Assembly (NCBI GenBank): GCA_036507075.1
Contig: DASXQR010000191.1
Span: forward strand, 1-15,637
Reading direction: 5' to 3'
Origin: Acidobacteriota bacterium
GTDB lineage: Bacteria > Acidobacteriota > UBA6911 > JACQSX01
Length of the DNA stretch: 15,637 bases
Part shown: in pieces, positions 6,522 to 15,559 of the stretch
Position numbering within the stretch: the first letter of the stretch is position 1
How the letters are laid out: every line of letters starts with the position of its first letter
Translations under genes and position numbers: made by a program
Notes under the pieces: generated by a model
What the model saw: only the letters and a program-made list of their open reading frames with translations
What the model was told of the DNA's origin: nothing
Database searches by the model: none

Positions 6522-7010
6522 ATGAGCGGAAAAATCCGTCACATCCACATTAAACCCGAAAGGCCTGGAGAGCGAGGGTTGCCGAAGTCCCCGGTCACGT
6601 CAGTGAAGATTACACGGGCAGGTGTCAATGGAGATTTTAATCGCTGGCGGCACGAACAGAGCGCAGACAATCCGGATCAGGCAGTGCTTCTTATGACGAT
6701 GGAAATGATTGACGTCTTAAACGGTGAGGGATGGCCGATCAAACCGGGTGACATCGGGGAAAACTTTACGATCGCGGGGATGAAGTACGATCACTTTGAG
6801 ATCGGCAGAGCCTATGCTCTGGGAAACGAAGCCCAAATTGAAATCTCCAAACCCTGTGATCCGTGCATTGTTCTGTATCAGTTGCCGTATGTAGGAACCG
6901 GGAAGGGCCCTGATTTTCTCAAAGCGATGCAGGGACGGCGCGGCTGGTTTGCCCGCGTCGTCAAACCGGGCCAGGTCCAGTTGGGTGACGTTATTACTTT
7001 GCTAGAATAG
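6522..7010 (+). CDS. MOSC-domain protein (YiiM-like, 162 aa)
   Basis: GLPK, GVNGD, PGDIGENFT, ISKPCDPC and RRGWFARVVKPGQVQLGD motifs typical of MOSC domains. ATG 6522. Confidence 0.9.
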   Translation: MSGKIRHIHIKPERPGERGLPKSPVTSVKITRAGVNGDFNRWRHEQSADNPDQAVLLMTMEMIDVLNGEGWPIKPGDIGENFTIAGMKYDHFEIGRAYALGNEAQIEISKPCDPCIVLYQLPYVGTGKGPDFLKAMQGRRGWFARVVKPGQVQLGDVITLLE

Positions 7011-7036
7011 CCCTGTTTCCCTTGTGTCTTTAAGCT

Positions 7037-7139
7037 GCCACGAAAACACGAAGGCCGGAAGTCAGGGATCTCTTTCGTCTTTGCCGGAGTGTCACTTCGA
7101 ATCGAATTGCTGAACTTCGTGACTTCGTGTCTTCGTGGC
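7037..7139. repeat. MITE-like element with inverted 8-mer tandem arms (copy 2)
   Basis: GCCACGAAAACACGAAG ... CTTCGTGACTTCGTGTCTTCGTGGC. Positions 7080-7139 match 6425-6484 at 54/60. Confidence 0.85.
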
Positions 7140-7196
7140 CGCTTTTTTGGCGCCACGCTAGTTTTTGTTTCGACAAAAAACCATTGGAGGTTTGAA

Positions 7197-8861
7197 ATGC
7201 GCGCGTACGGTCCTTATCTGCTCGTGCTGCTTACGCTGCCAACTTTCATTCAGTCTGCCAGCGCGGCGCCGTTGCTCCGCTCTTCCAAACCCGCCTACAA
7301 CGTAGGCGAGACCGTGGAACTGACCGTTGAAGGCACTAACGCGCCTGTTGCAATCCAGCTTCGCTTCGCGGGCGGACCCGCCGTCCAGTCGGCAAAACTG
7401 GAGCGGGGAAAGTGGACTCGCATCTGGACCATTCCGAAAGATGCGAAGCTCGGATTGTACGAGGCAGAAGTGGCTTCGGATCAGCCGGGTGGAGCTACAC
7501 AGGCCCGCTCCGCGCCGAAAAATGACGCTGCGGTACTCGGCGTCGTCGTTTACCGCCAGGACCTGGCAGTGGAAAACCTCCGAACGGAAAGAAACCTTTA
7601 CACGGCAGGCGATGTGGTGCGCGTTCGAGTGCGGCTGAAAAACCTATCTTCACGCCCACTGCAAAACCTGAAGCTCGTAATCGGCAGAGGTTACCCCTGG
7701 ATCAGCGGCTTCGGGCGAGGTTCGGCGATCTCAGGCGATCCGAGCGCCAAGGTTTATTACTATCCCAAACCGGTGACTCTGACGCCGGGACAGACCTTTG
7801 AAAGCGACTGGTTCGACACAATGACAGCGGCTCTCCCTACCGCGGACAAGCCGGACGTCTTTAACATGTTCTGCTGGATCAGCGACTCCTCCGGAAAAGA
7901 TCTTTACGATCTGGAGCTGACGGGAACTTTCGTGGTAGTGCCGCCGGGGTATCGCGGTCCCCTGCCCTATCACCCGCTTTATGCCCTCTACAAATTCCTT
8001 TCCGAATCGGATTATCACGGCGCCGCCTACGGGGAGTTGAACAGTTACAGTGATGAAATCCCCTCCGGCGCCCCGGCGCTTCACAATTGGATGGGTTTTG
8101 CGCCGCACTATGACGACGAGCTTTCCTTCTTGCCGCTGGTGCCCGTTTCACAGAAGGACAACGTTCCCTTTTATATCGTCCAAATGACCGCCGGCGACGG
8201 AAACGTCGATTCAATTCATCGCTATGTCGACGGAGTCAGCAATGCGCCCGACTGGCACACTCTGGGCCGGCTGCGAAGATTTGAAACCGTCCATGCGACT
8301 TCCATCTTTGGCCTGCAGGAAGGCCGGGATTTTACCCATCTGGGTATGCCGGATGGCGGTTTGCTGCCGATCTTCCAGGACAGCAGTGGGAAGGATTTTT
8401 ACATGTTCACCACAGCGTCGGATCGCACGCCGTACGATTTTGTCTTCCGGAAGAATCTGCCCTACAACCGCGAGGATATCATCAAGACCCTGGTTGAATT
8501 GATCCGGCAGAGAAAGCCCGAAGACATTTACACTCCTCATCCCGACGAGGGACACGGTGACCATCGAACCACCACGTGGTTTGTACTGGAAGCCTTGCGC
8601 CGACTGCGCGCCGAGAACGGTTATGCGCCCCGTGTTCATGTATATGTGGCTTACGGAGCCGGTGACTTTCCCAGGGCGAAGTACGAATATGAAGCCGAGC
8701 CGCCGCTTGCAATGAGCGACCGGACGCTGGTTAAGCTGCACTTTGCCACCTGGGCCCATCAGAGCCAGTTTTCCATTGCCGAACGCGGCGGAATTCGGCT
8801 GCCGCTTGAGGAATTACGGAAGCAGCCGGGGGTACGGTGGTATCTGTTGAAAGGCTGGTGA
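7197..8861 (+). CDS. Secreted PIG-L/LmbE-family deacetylase with N-terminal Ig-like domains (554 aa)
   Basis: GGAGG then ATG 7197. Signal peptide ending ASA. Two beta-rich repeats (YNVGETVELTV, YTAGDVVRVRV). PIG-L motifs APHYDDE, MTAGD, LGMPDGGL, HPDEGHGDH and AHQSQ. Confidence 0.85.
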   Translation: MRAYGPYLLVLLTLPTFIQSASAAPLLRSSKPAYNVGETVELTVEGTNAPVAIQLRFAGGPAVQSAKLERGKWTRIWTIPKDAKLGLYEAEVASDQPGGATQARSAPKNDAAVLGVVVYRQDLAVENLRTERNLYTAGDVVRVRVRLKNLSSRPLQNLKLVIGRGYPWISGFGRGSAISGDPSAKVYYYPKPVTLTPGQTFESDWFDTMTAALPTADKPDVFNMFCWISDSSGKDLYDLELTGTFVVVPPGYRGPLPYHPLYALYKFLSESDYHGAAYGELNSYSDEIPSGAPALHNWMGFAPHYDDELSFLPLVPVSQKDNVPFYIVQMTAGDGNVDSIHRYVDGVSNAPDWHTLGRLRRFETVHATSIFGLQEGRDFTHLGMPDGGLLPIFQDSSGKDFYMFTTASDRTPYDFVFRKNLPYNREDIIKTLVELIRQRKPEDIYTPHPDEGHGDHRTTTWFVLEALRRLRAENGYAPRVHVYVAYGAGDFPRAKYEYEAEPPLAMSDRTLVKLHFATWAHQSQFSIAERGGIRLPLEELRKQPGVRWYLLKGW

Positions 8862-8865
8862 AAAC

Positions 8866-8900
8866 GAATGCGGAATGTGGAATGCGGAATGTGGAATGAT
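8866..8900 (+). repeat. Heptamer tandem repeat (GAATGYG) x5
   Basis: GAATGCG GAATGTG GAATGCG GAATGTG GAATGAT. Confidence 0.9.
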
Positions 8901-8901
8901 G

Positions 8902-8940
8902 AAAAAAATGCGGAAGTCCGCATCCCGCATTTCTTTTTTT
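8902..8940. terminator. Possible bidirectional intrinsic terminator
   Basis: A-tract, then ATGCGG...CCGCAT stem (two alternative right arms, at 8918-8923 and 8925-8930), then T-tract. Located between convergent genes. Confidence 0.5.
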
Positions 8941-10426
8941 ATCTCACCGTGTATTCCACATAAAGATCCGTTTCTACCGCATTCTGCTGAAAATCCTTCC
9001 ACTCCTTGGAAGTCAGGGATTTGGGTTTTTTCTTTTCCTTCAACAGCGGAACGCCCCGGTCCGCGCGGAGCACGCGATCCTTGGCTTTCATGTTCAAGGT
9101 CCGCAACAGCGGGTCAAAGGGCATATCCCAGTGCTTGACTTCACGCGCAAATTTCTCGTTGACTGGAATCATGGCAACCATGTCAGGACTTTCCATCATT
9201 TCCAGTCCTTTTTCACGCAGCGTCGCATTGTGACTGGCATGATGGCCCACTTTGTAAAGGACCGTGCGGTTTAGCAGACTGCGAGCCACAATTTCACTTC
9301 CGTCGCTCTGGCGCCAGCTCAGGTTGTGCCACGACAGCCAGTTGCCCACCTGGGCGTCGCCGGGAAACAGAAGCACCCGTCCATTTGCACTCAGTTCGAT
9401 CGCCACGGCCACGCTGGTATTGTTGGTATCGCTGTCAAGCTTCAGCGCCAGCGTTCCTGCCGTGTTCAACCAGTCATCATCCACGCGGCGCCATCCCGGG
9501 GCCCGCTCTCCGCCCTCCCTGTCAAAGCCGTAATGCAGGCGAAAGAACCCATCGCAGGCTCCGGCCCTGGCTTCACTCCGGCTGAGGCGGAAGTGTGGCT
9601 CGAAGGGATAGCTCAACTCCAACTGATCTTTCTCGTCGAGGGTGAGCTGATCCTCAACGGCGCCAAAGTCCACGGCTGCGTAGAAGGCGGTGTCCGAATC
9701 AAGGGCCATCCCCTGCTCGTAGACTTCGCTGTGCGACTTGGACGGATCGGATCGCAACAGCAGCTTTCGATCTTCCGGCGGTCCCAGAACGAAAATCCGC
9801 ATATCCTCCACGCCGGACATCTTGATCGGCGGTTCCCCGGGATGCAGATAGCGCGGTGATTCCACTCGACCCAGGAGGGAATCCAAAGCAGCGCCCGTGT
9901 CGGACCCTCCTCCCTTTTTTGAGGCTCCAAAAAAATCAAGAATCTGCTGGATCTTGGCGGCCTGGTCCTTGTCTGTCGCCGCCAGGCGCTGCACGGCAAC
10001 TCGCAATGCGGCCAAACCGGCTTGCCTTTTCTTGCGCAGTTGGCGGGCCAGCTCATTGCGCGGATCTTCCGTCCAGGCCACCCACACTTGATCGATCTTG
10101 AGCGTGTCGAACAGCTCCCGCGCCTGTAAAAATCCAGAAACGTGATCCCAGTGTTCATGCGTTGCGACCACCGTGTGCACATGACCGGGTTTTGAGACAT
10201 TGCCGTGAGCGTCCACTTTTCCGCCGGTGGCCGAATGCAGATTGCGAGCGATGTCCTTCATCCGGCGGCCTGAGTCGGGGGATCCCAGGAACAGCCCGCA
10301 GTCAATGAGCATGTATCTCGGCTCACCGCTCTTTGTGTGGAAGGCGAGCAAAAAGCAGTCACCCAGACCCTGCCGGTACATTCGAACCCTCACTCCCGAT
10401 TCCGGTGCTGCCATCAGATCAGCCAT
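8939..10426 (-). CDS. MBL-fold (ComEC/Rec2-like) metallo-hydrolase with large internal insertions (495 aa)
   Basis: GLGDCFLL, LIDCG, THEHWDH (HxHxDH), NNTS, LLFPGDA and YKVGHHASHNAT motifs. AGGTG SD before ATG 10426. No signal peptide or transmembrane segment. Confidence 0.9.
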   Translation of the reverse strand: MADLMAAPESGVRVRMYRQGLGDCFLLAFHTKSGEPRYMLIDCGLFLGSPDSGRRMKDIARNLHSATGGKVDAHGNVSKPGHVHTVVATHEHWDHVSGFLQARELFDTLKIDQVWVAWTEDPRNELARQLRKKRQAGLAALRVAVQRLAATDKDQAAKIQQILDFFGASKKGGGSDTGAALDSLLGRVESPRYLHPGEPPIKMSGVEDMRIFVLGPPEDRKLLLRSDPSKSHSEVYEQGMALDSDTAFYAAVDFGAVEDQLTLDEKDQLELSYPFEPHFRLSRSEARAGACDGFFRLHYGFDREGGERAPGWRRVDDDWLNTAGTLALKLDSDTNNTSVAVAIELSANGRVLLFPGDAQVGNWLSWHNLSWRQSDGSEIVARSLLNRTVLYKVGHHASHNATLREKGLEMMESPDMVAMIPVNEKFAREVKHWDMPFDPLLRTLNMKAKDRVLRADRGVPLLKEKKKPKSLTSKEWKDFQQNAVETDLYVEYTVR

Positions 10427-10444
10427 TTATTCACCTAACGCCTC

Positions 10445-10591
10445 TGCCACGAAGGCACGAAGCCACGAAGAATTTACCTGCCCTTAGGAGTGACCTTTCT
10501 ACTGTGACTTCCTTGCTGTTGGTTTCTTGATCTGTAAGAAGTTCATGTTCAAGCCAATGAAAACCCTTCGTGGCTTCGTGGCTTTGTGGCA
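10445..10591. repeat. Element with inverted 8-mer tandem arms (copy 3, different interior)
   Basis: TGCCACGAAGGCACGAAGCCACGAAG ... CTTCGTGGCTTCGTGGCTTTGTGGCA. Fills most of the peptidase-MBL gap. Confidence 0.85.
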
Positions 10592-10594
10592 TTC

Positions 10595-12514
10595 TCAATA
10601 CCGGCTGTGCAGCACGGCAAACGGCTCGCGTGCGGCGCCGCTTCGCAGGCTGCCGAAATAAATCTCATGCAGCGACAAATCTGTCGGCCCGGTCAGATAG
10701 CTTCGCTGCCGCTCCAGTCTTCGCTCGTCGTTGATGTTTTTGCGGATGCGGTAACGAATTCTTCCGCTTTCCGGATCCACCAGCAACGTTGCTCCGCCGC
10801 GGAATTGAAAATCTTCCGTCGTGGCTTCGGAATGCTTGTCCGCTTTCTTCTGCGTTTCCGGATCAAAATACCCCCGCCGTCTTTGAGTTACTTCAATTAC
10901 CAGATCGATGATCGGTTCGCCCCTGAATCCCTGGCGGTATGTGGGGCGAACAGAATGTACTTCGAAAACCGGCGCGCCCCGCTTTCGCTCAATCGTCATG
11001 GGAGCTTTGTCGCGAAGGTCCAGCCCGACCAGTTCACCCAGCTTCGATCTATTGGGAGAGGATAGCAGCATGCGGTGCAGCGCCTGTGCGCTGCGACGCA
11101 CCTGCTCGCAAACCTTCATGCGATCTGTCGAGAGGCCCCAGTCAGGAAGCAGGCCCTTGATGCCGGCCGCCGACGGAAGAATCTCGATGAAGTTCTCATC
11201 CACGTCGGGCCAGCGCAGGTTCTCCTCGGAAAGGTTGCGCACCCGATCCGGATAAATGCCGCGACGCCGGAATGCCTCAATCACAGCGATTCGATACTCG
11301 CGTTCGTCAACCGGCACGACGTCAAAGTCGGCCGTTATGAGAGCCCGCAGATATTCACCAAACGTGATATCGACCGGCGGACAATAATCGAGCGCGCGGA
11401 TACACATCCTCAGGACGTGCTGGGCCGATTTGGAAGCCTCCATGGCCAGCCGCCCGACCAGGTCGGGATTCAATTCCCCGACGGGCAAAACGCCGCTCCC
11501 GCCTGTGGCAATCCGAAGCAGGTCGGGAATGCGCGACTTGTAGATGGAGAGAAAGGCGTCAAAGATCGCGGCCACCAGAATGGCGCCCCGATCATGCGGC
11601 TCAAAGGTCCTGGAGATCTCAGTCGGGTCGGGCTTCTTGGGTTCCCATCTTTTTGTTTCAGGATTGAAACCACCCAGGGCATCGCGCAACGCTCCATGCT
11701 GCTCGGTCGCCTGCCCGAACTGCTGGGCGAGCTGTCCCAAAAGGTTCTGGCTGGCCAGGTCCCCACGCGTCTTTGCAATCTGATGGCGGAGGACTTCCGG
11801 GAACGAAAAATGCTGAAATAGCGCGACGATATCAGCAAAAGCCTCATGAAACGCAAGAACATCTTCATTACTCGCCTCCGAGAAGCGTGGATGAAGGCCG
11901 TCCAGCAGCGCGTGAGTGGTTTCATGTGCCACAACATCGTGAGACAGGCAGGTGAAAACCGTGCCTCCGGGCAGATTGCTTCCCGGGTCGCTCGTCGAGG
12001 CGGGGAAATATCCAAAGAGCAGCGCCTTCTTTTCCGGGCTGTAATAGGCATTGGCTTCACGCAGAGCGTGGGGATAAACGCGAAGCCGCAACACCGGTTC
12101 TGACCTCATTCTGCCGTTACTTCTAAATACCCGCGACGACCATAATGCGCAGCGCCCCAATGCCTGCTCGAAGTTACCGATCGTGGTCATCACCACGGCA
12201 TAGACCATCTGCTGGTGAAACTTAGGGTTTCCCTCAGAGGGGTCCAGTCCGTCCTGAGCCAGCAGGAAGGGATGATTCAAATCGACGGGTGCGTAAAAGC
12301 ACTTGCTGGCCGGATCCACGTCCACAACTTCCACGTAATTGCCGACCGGCCCAAGCTCCAGCTTTTCTTCCCAGGGCACCTGAAACGTGATGCGATTGAC
12401 AACGGCCGTTTCCATTTGCACTGCCAGGCTGGGATCAAAGGAATATCCGCGCAGTCTTCGACGGGTAGGTTGAAGAATGCCGTCCACTTTTCTACGTTCG
12501 GTCAGGCGCGCCAC
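10595..12514 (-). CDS. Cytoplasmic gluzincin (thermolysin M4/M36-like) zinc metallopeptidase (639 aa)
   Basis: NAYY motif, HDVVAHETTHALLD (HExxH near residue 197), third-ligand HEAFAD and EPHDRGA. GAGGAG SD 7 nt before GTG 12514. No signal peptide. Confidence 0.85.
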   Translation of the reverse strand: MARLTERRKVDGILQPTRRRLRGYSFDPSLAVQMETAVVNRITFQVPWEEKLELGPVGNYVEVVDVDPASKCFYAPVDLNHPFLLAQDGLDPSEGNPKFHQQMVYAVVMTTIGNFEQALGRCALWSSRVFRSNGRMRSEPVLRLRVYPHALREANAYYSPEKKALLFGYFPASTSDPGSNLPGGTVFTCLSHDVVAHETTHALLDGLHPRFSEASNEDVLAFHEAFADIVALFQHFSFPEVLRHQIAKTRGDLASQNLLGQLAQQFGQATEQHGALRDALGGFNPETKRWEPKKPDPTEISRTFEPHDRGAILVAAIFDAFLSIYKSRIPDLLRIATGGSGVLPVGELNPDLVGRLAMEASKSAQHVLRMCIRALDYCPPVDITFGEYLRALITADFDVVPVDEREYRIAVIEAFRRRGIYPDRVRNLSEENLRWPDVDENFIEILPSAAGIKGLLPDWGLSTDRMKVCEQVRRSAQALHRMLLSSPNRSKLGELVGLDLRDKAPMTIERKRGAPVFEVHSVRPTYRQGFRGEPIIDLVIEVTQRRRGYFDPETQKKADKHSEATTEDFQFRGGATLLVDPESGRIRYRIRKNINDERRLERQRSYLTGPTDLSLHEIYFGSLRSGAAREPFAVLHSRY

Positions 12515-12617
12515 AAACTTGCTCCTCTCTCTGTTCGGTCTTTGGCTGCGCGTGTAGATTACCAGCCCGATGAATGCGAGACACGCAGTTTTGCAATAGC
12601 CAATAAATGGGGTCGAG

Positions 12618-12701
12618 CACGAATTTTCACGAATTCACACGAATTTTCACGAATCTTGTAAGTAATTTCGTGAAATTCGTGGAAATTCGTGTAAATTCGT
12701 G
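12618..12701. repeat. Palindrome of 10-mer tandem arms (CACGAATTTT x4 / AAATTCGTG x4)
   Basis: Left units start at 12618, 12628, 12638 and 12648. Right units end at 12672, 12681, 12691 and 12701. Confidence 0.9.
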
Positions 12702-12713
12702 ACATCGAAAAGG

Positions 12714-15554
12714 ATGCGAAAGAGTTTACTTTTTTTGATGATTGTCCTCGCGTGTGCCGCGTTTGCCGCCGAGCTTTGGGCTCTTGGTGACAAGGAGCCA
12801 AAACCACAATTCCAAACGCGCGAAGGCTTCACAGTGGAAGAGGTCTTTCCACCCGAGAAGAGCGGCTCGGTTGTCAACATGACCTTTGACAGCCAGGGCA
12901 GACTGGCTTACTCGCAGGAAAAGGGGCCGGTGTTCATTCTCGTCGACTCTAACCAGGATGGTCGGCCGGACAGGGCAGAAATCTTCACGGATAAAGTAAC
13001 CAACTGTCAGGGCCTTTGCTTTGACGGCCCCGATCTCTACGCCGTCGGCGAAGGGCCGGACGGCACAGGCCTCTATCGCGTCACCGACAGCAACGGAGAT
13101 GGCAAGGGCGATTACACGGTCACTCTTGCGCGCTTTACTCGTCAGATGGCCGAGCACGGACCGCATGCCGTCTTGTTTGGCCCGGATGGGATGTTGTATG
13201 TCGTGATGGGAAATCACACCGGACTTGTGGCCACTCCCGATCCCCTTTCCCCGTACAAGGACTTTACCGAGGGGCAGCTTCTTCCAATCTATACGGATCC
13301 GCGGGGCCACGCGGCAAATGTGCGCGCGCCTGGGGGCGTCATTATCCGCGGTTCGGTGCAGGGACAGCGTTGGGAGTTGATTACCGGCGGATATCGCAAC
13401 CAGTACGACGCCGGCTTCAATTTGATGGGTGAATTGTTTACCTTTGACTCGGACATGGAATGGGACATCAACCTTCCCTGGTACCGTCCGGTGCGCACTG
13501 TTCACGTCATCCCGGGCGGCGAATATGGATGGAGGACAGGTTCGGGACCCTGGCCGCCCTATTTTCCGGACAGCCTGCCTCCGATGACTGAACTCGGCCG
13601 TGGCTCTCCGGTGGGCGTCGCCTTTTACCAGGACGACGTTTATCCTCGTGAGTTCCGTGATTCCTGGTTTCTCGGAGATTGGTCACGCGGTCGTATTCTG
13701 GTCGGTTTTTTGAAAAAATCAGGCGCCACATACAGCGAAAAATTAGAAGACTTTGTGCTTGGAGAACCGTTAAACGTCACCGACCTTGCGGTGGGCCCCG
13801 ACGGATTTGTCTATTTTTCCAAGGGCGGGCGGTTCACCGAGTCAGGGATTTTCCGCGTGGTCTATGGCTCAAAGCCGGCCAACCCGGGTCGCGCTTCCCT
13901 TCCGCCACTGCAGCAGGCACTGTCACAACCGCAGCCGCGCTCATCCTTTGGGAGAGCGCAACTGAGAGCATTGCAGAACCGGCTCGGACCCGCGTGGAAG
14001 AAGGGACTGGTCGACGAGGTGAAGAACGCCCACAGCGAGCCGGAAAAACGAGTGCGGGCCCTTGAGCTGTTGCAGGTTCATGGTCCGGCCCCGGACGAAG
14101 AGCTGCTGATCTCGCTCGGCAAAGACGCGCAGTGGGAAATGCGCGCGGCTTCGACTTATTATCTGGGTCTTCACTCCACTGATTCTGCGCGGCGCGAGCT
14201 GGTGCAGCGTTTTCGTGACACAGACCCGCTGGTGGCGCGCCGCGCGTGCGAAGCGCTGGTGCGCACCGGCATTCACCCCGCCATAACCGTTCCGCTTTCG
14301 CCCGTACGCGACGTCTTTCCCCTCCTCAGCCATTCAGACAGATGGGTGCGATATTCGGCGCGCCAGCTTCTCAGAAGAACCAACCGCAATTTATGGCGGG
14401 ATGAGGCGTTCCGTCTGAGCAGCTATCCGGCCGCGACCGAGGCGCTGCTGGCACTGGCACAAACCGCCGGAGGCACCAATGATGTGCCCTATCTTCTGGA
14501 TCGGGAGCTCGAGCTTCTCAAGCGAAATCCTGACGACGCAAATCTGCTCGGCCTTCTGCGCGTTGTGCATCTGACTATGATCCAGGACGACGGCATGGAC
14601 ATTTCAAAGGTGTACGAGCCGATGGGCAAACTGCTTCTGGCGCGCTTTCCCGGCCAGAATGCGGCCCTGAATATCGAGATTGCCCGCACGCTGGCGCGTC
14701 TGGAAACCCCCGATGCTCGAAAGAAAATTCTCCAGGCGCTGGGGGATCCTAAAACGGACAACCCGCAGCAGATTCTATATGCCTACTTCCTGCGCGCCAT
14801 GCGCGCCGGATGGGATAAAGACCAGAAGGAAGCCTTCCTGCGCTGGTTTGAAAAAACACAAGATGAGCATTGGAAAGGCGGCGCCAGCTTCCTGGGCTAC
14901 ATAGAGAACATCTGGAATGATTTTCTCAAAGTGATGCCTGACAACGAACGGGAAATCGCCCAGCAGCGGATTCCTTCACTCAGCCCGGAAAAGGCGGCGG
15001 CCGGAGAAAAGATCAAGCCGGCATTCCGAAGAGCCACAGAAAACCAGACTGTGTCGGTAAAGGAACTGGAAGAGTTTCTGCTGTGGGATCCAATGAGCTA
15101 TTCCGGGAATATTCAGAAAGGCAAGGAATCGTTTGAAAAAGCGTTCTGCTCGAAATGTCATCTTTTGGGTGATATCGGCCTGTCGGCCGGGCCGGATTTA
15201 ACCGACATCGGAAAGAGATTTCAGAGAAAGGACATGGTGGATGCGCTTCTTTACCCGTCGAAAACCATTTCCGATCAATGGGCCGCGGTGGAAATCACGA
15301 TGAAAGACGATCAAACGGCGCTCGGTGTAATTACGCGTGACGATGCAAATGCCGTCACGCTGCTGACCGCCACCGGCGCCCTGCAGGTAATACCGAAAGC
15401 AGAGATCAAGGGTCGCGCCGTCTCCAAGACCTCCCTGATGCCGGAAGGATTAATGGAAAACCTGACGCAACAGGAAATGATCAATCTATTTGCCTTCCTC
15501 GAACAACGCACCAAGCCCCGAATCGACCCGACGGCAAAACCCCAGAAGAAGTGA
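12714..15554 (+). CDS. PVC-type heme-binding CxxCH protein: beta-propeller (putative membrane-bound dehydrogenase) domain + HEAT repeats + cytochrome c (946 aa)
   Basis: Signal peptide. Propeller motifs EHGPHAVLFGPDG, GYRNQYD, FTFDSDMEWD and GGEYGWR. Helical HEAT-like middle. CSKCH followed by GPDLT and SLMPEGL (distal Met ligand). Confidence 0.9.
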   Translation: MRKSLLFLMIVLACAAFAAELWALGDKEPKPQFQTREGFTVEEVFPPEKSGSVVNMTFDSQGRLAYSQEKGPVFILVDSNQDGRPDRAEIFTDKVTNCQGLCFDGPDLYAVGEGPDGTGLYRVTDSNGDGKGDYTVTLARFTRQMAEHGPHAVLFGPDGMLYVVMGNHTGLVATPDPLSPYKDFTEGQLLPIYTDPRGHAANVRAPGGVIIRGSVQGQRWELITGGYRNQYDAGFNLMGELFTFDSDMEWDINLPWYRPVRTVHVIPGGEYGWRTGSGPWPPYFPDSLPPMTELGRGSPVGVAFYQDDVYPREFRDSWFLGDWSRGRILVGFLKKSGATYSEKLEDFVLGEPLNVTDLAVGPDGFVYFSKGGRFTESGIFRVVYGSKPANPGRASLPPLQQALSQPQPRSSFGRAQLRALQNRLGPAWKKGLVDEVKNAHSEPEKRVRALELLQVHGPAPDEELLISLGKDAQWEMRAASTYYLGLHSTDSARRELVQRFRDTDPLVARRACEALVRTGIHPAITVPLSPVRDVFPLLSHSDRWVRYSARQLLRRTNRNLWRDEAFRLSSYPAATEALLALAQTAGGTNDVPYLLDRELELLKRNPDDANLLGLLRVVHLTMIQDDGMDISKVYEPMGKLLLARFPGQNAALNIEIARTLARLETPDARKKILQALGDPKTDNPQQILYAYFLRAMRAGWDKDQKEAFLRWFEKTQDEHWKGGASFLGYIENIWNDFLKVMPDNEREIAQQRIPSLSPEKAAAGEKIKPAFRRATENQTVSVKELEEFLLWDPMSYSGNIQKGKESFEKAFCSKCHLLGDIGLSAGPDLTDIGKRFQRKDMVDALLYPSKTISDQWAAVEITMKDDQTALGVITRDDANAVTLLTATGALQVIPKAEIKGRAVSKTSLMPEGLMENLTQQEMINLFAFLEQRTKPRIDPTAKPQKK

Positions 15555-15559
15555 GGAGG

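Noticed and set aside
6353..7139. CRISPR array or integron attC sites
   Set aside because: There are no 25-40-nt repeats with regular unique spacers, no RYYYAAC/GTTRRRY boxes at the element ends, and no cas or integrase gene in the window.
7162..7179. TTTTTGT-TTCG-ACAAAAA hairpin before the PIG-L ribosome-binding site as a riboswitch or terminator
   Set aside because: The stem is weak and AT-only apart from one pair, has no following U-tract, and no aptamer is recognisable.
9006..14904. Many antisense or alternate-frame ORFs (e.g. 9326..9859, 11075..11821, 12726..13505)
   Set aside because: They are shadows of well-supported genes in GC-rich DNA and carry no recognisable motifs.
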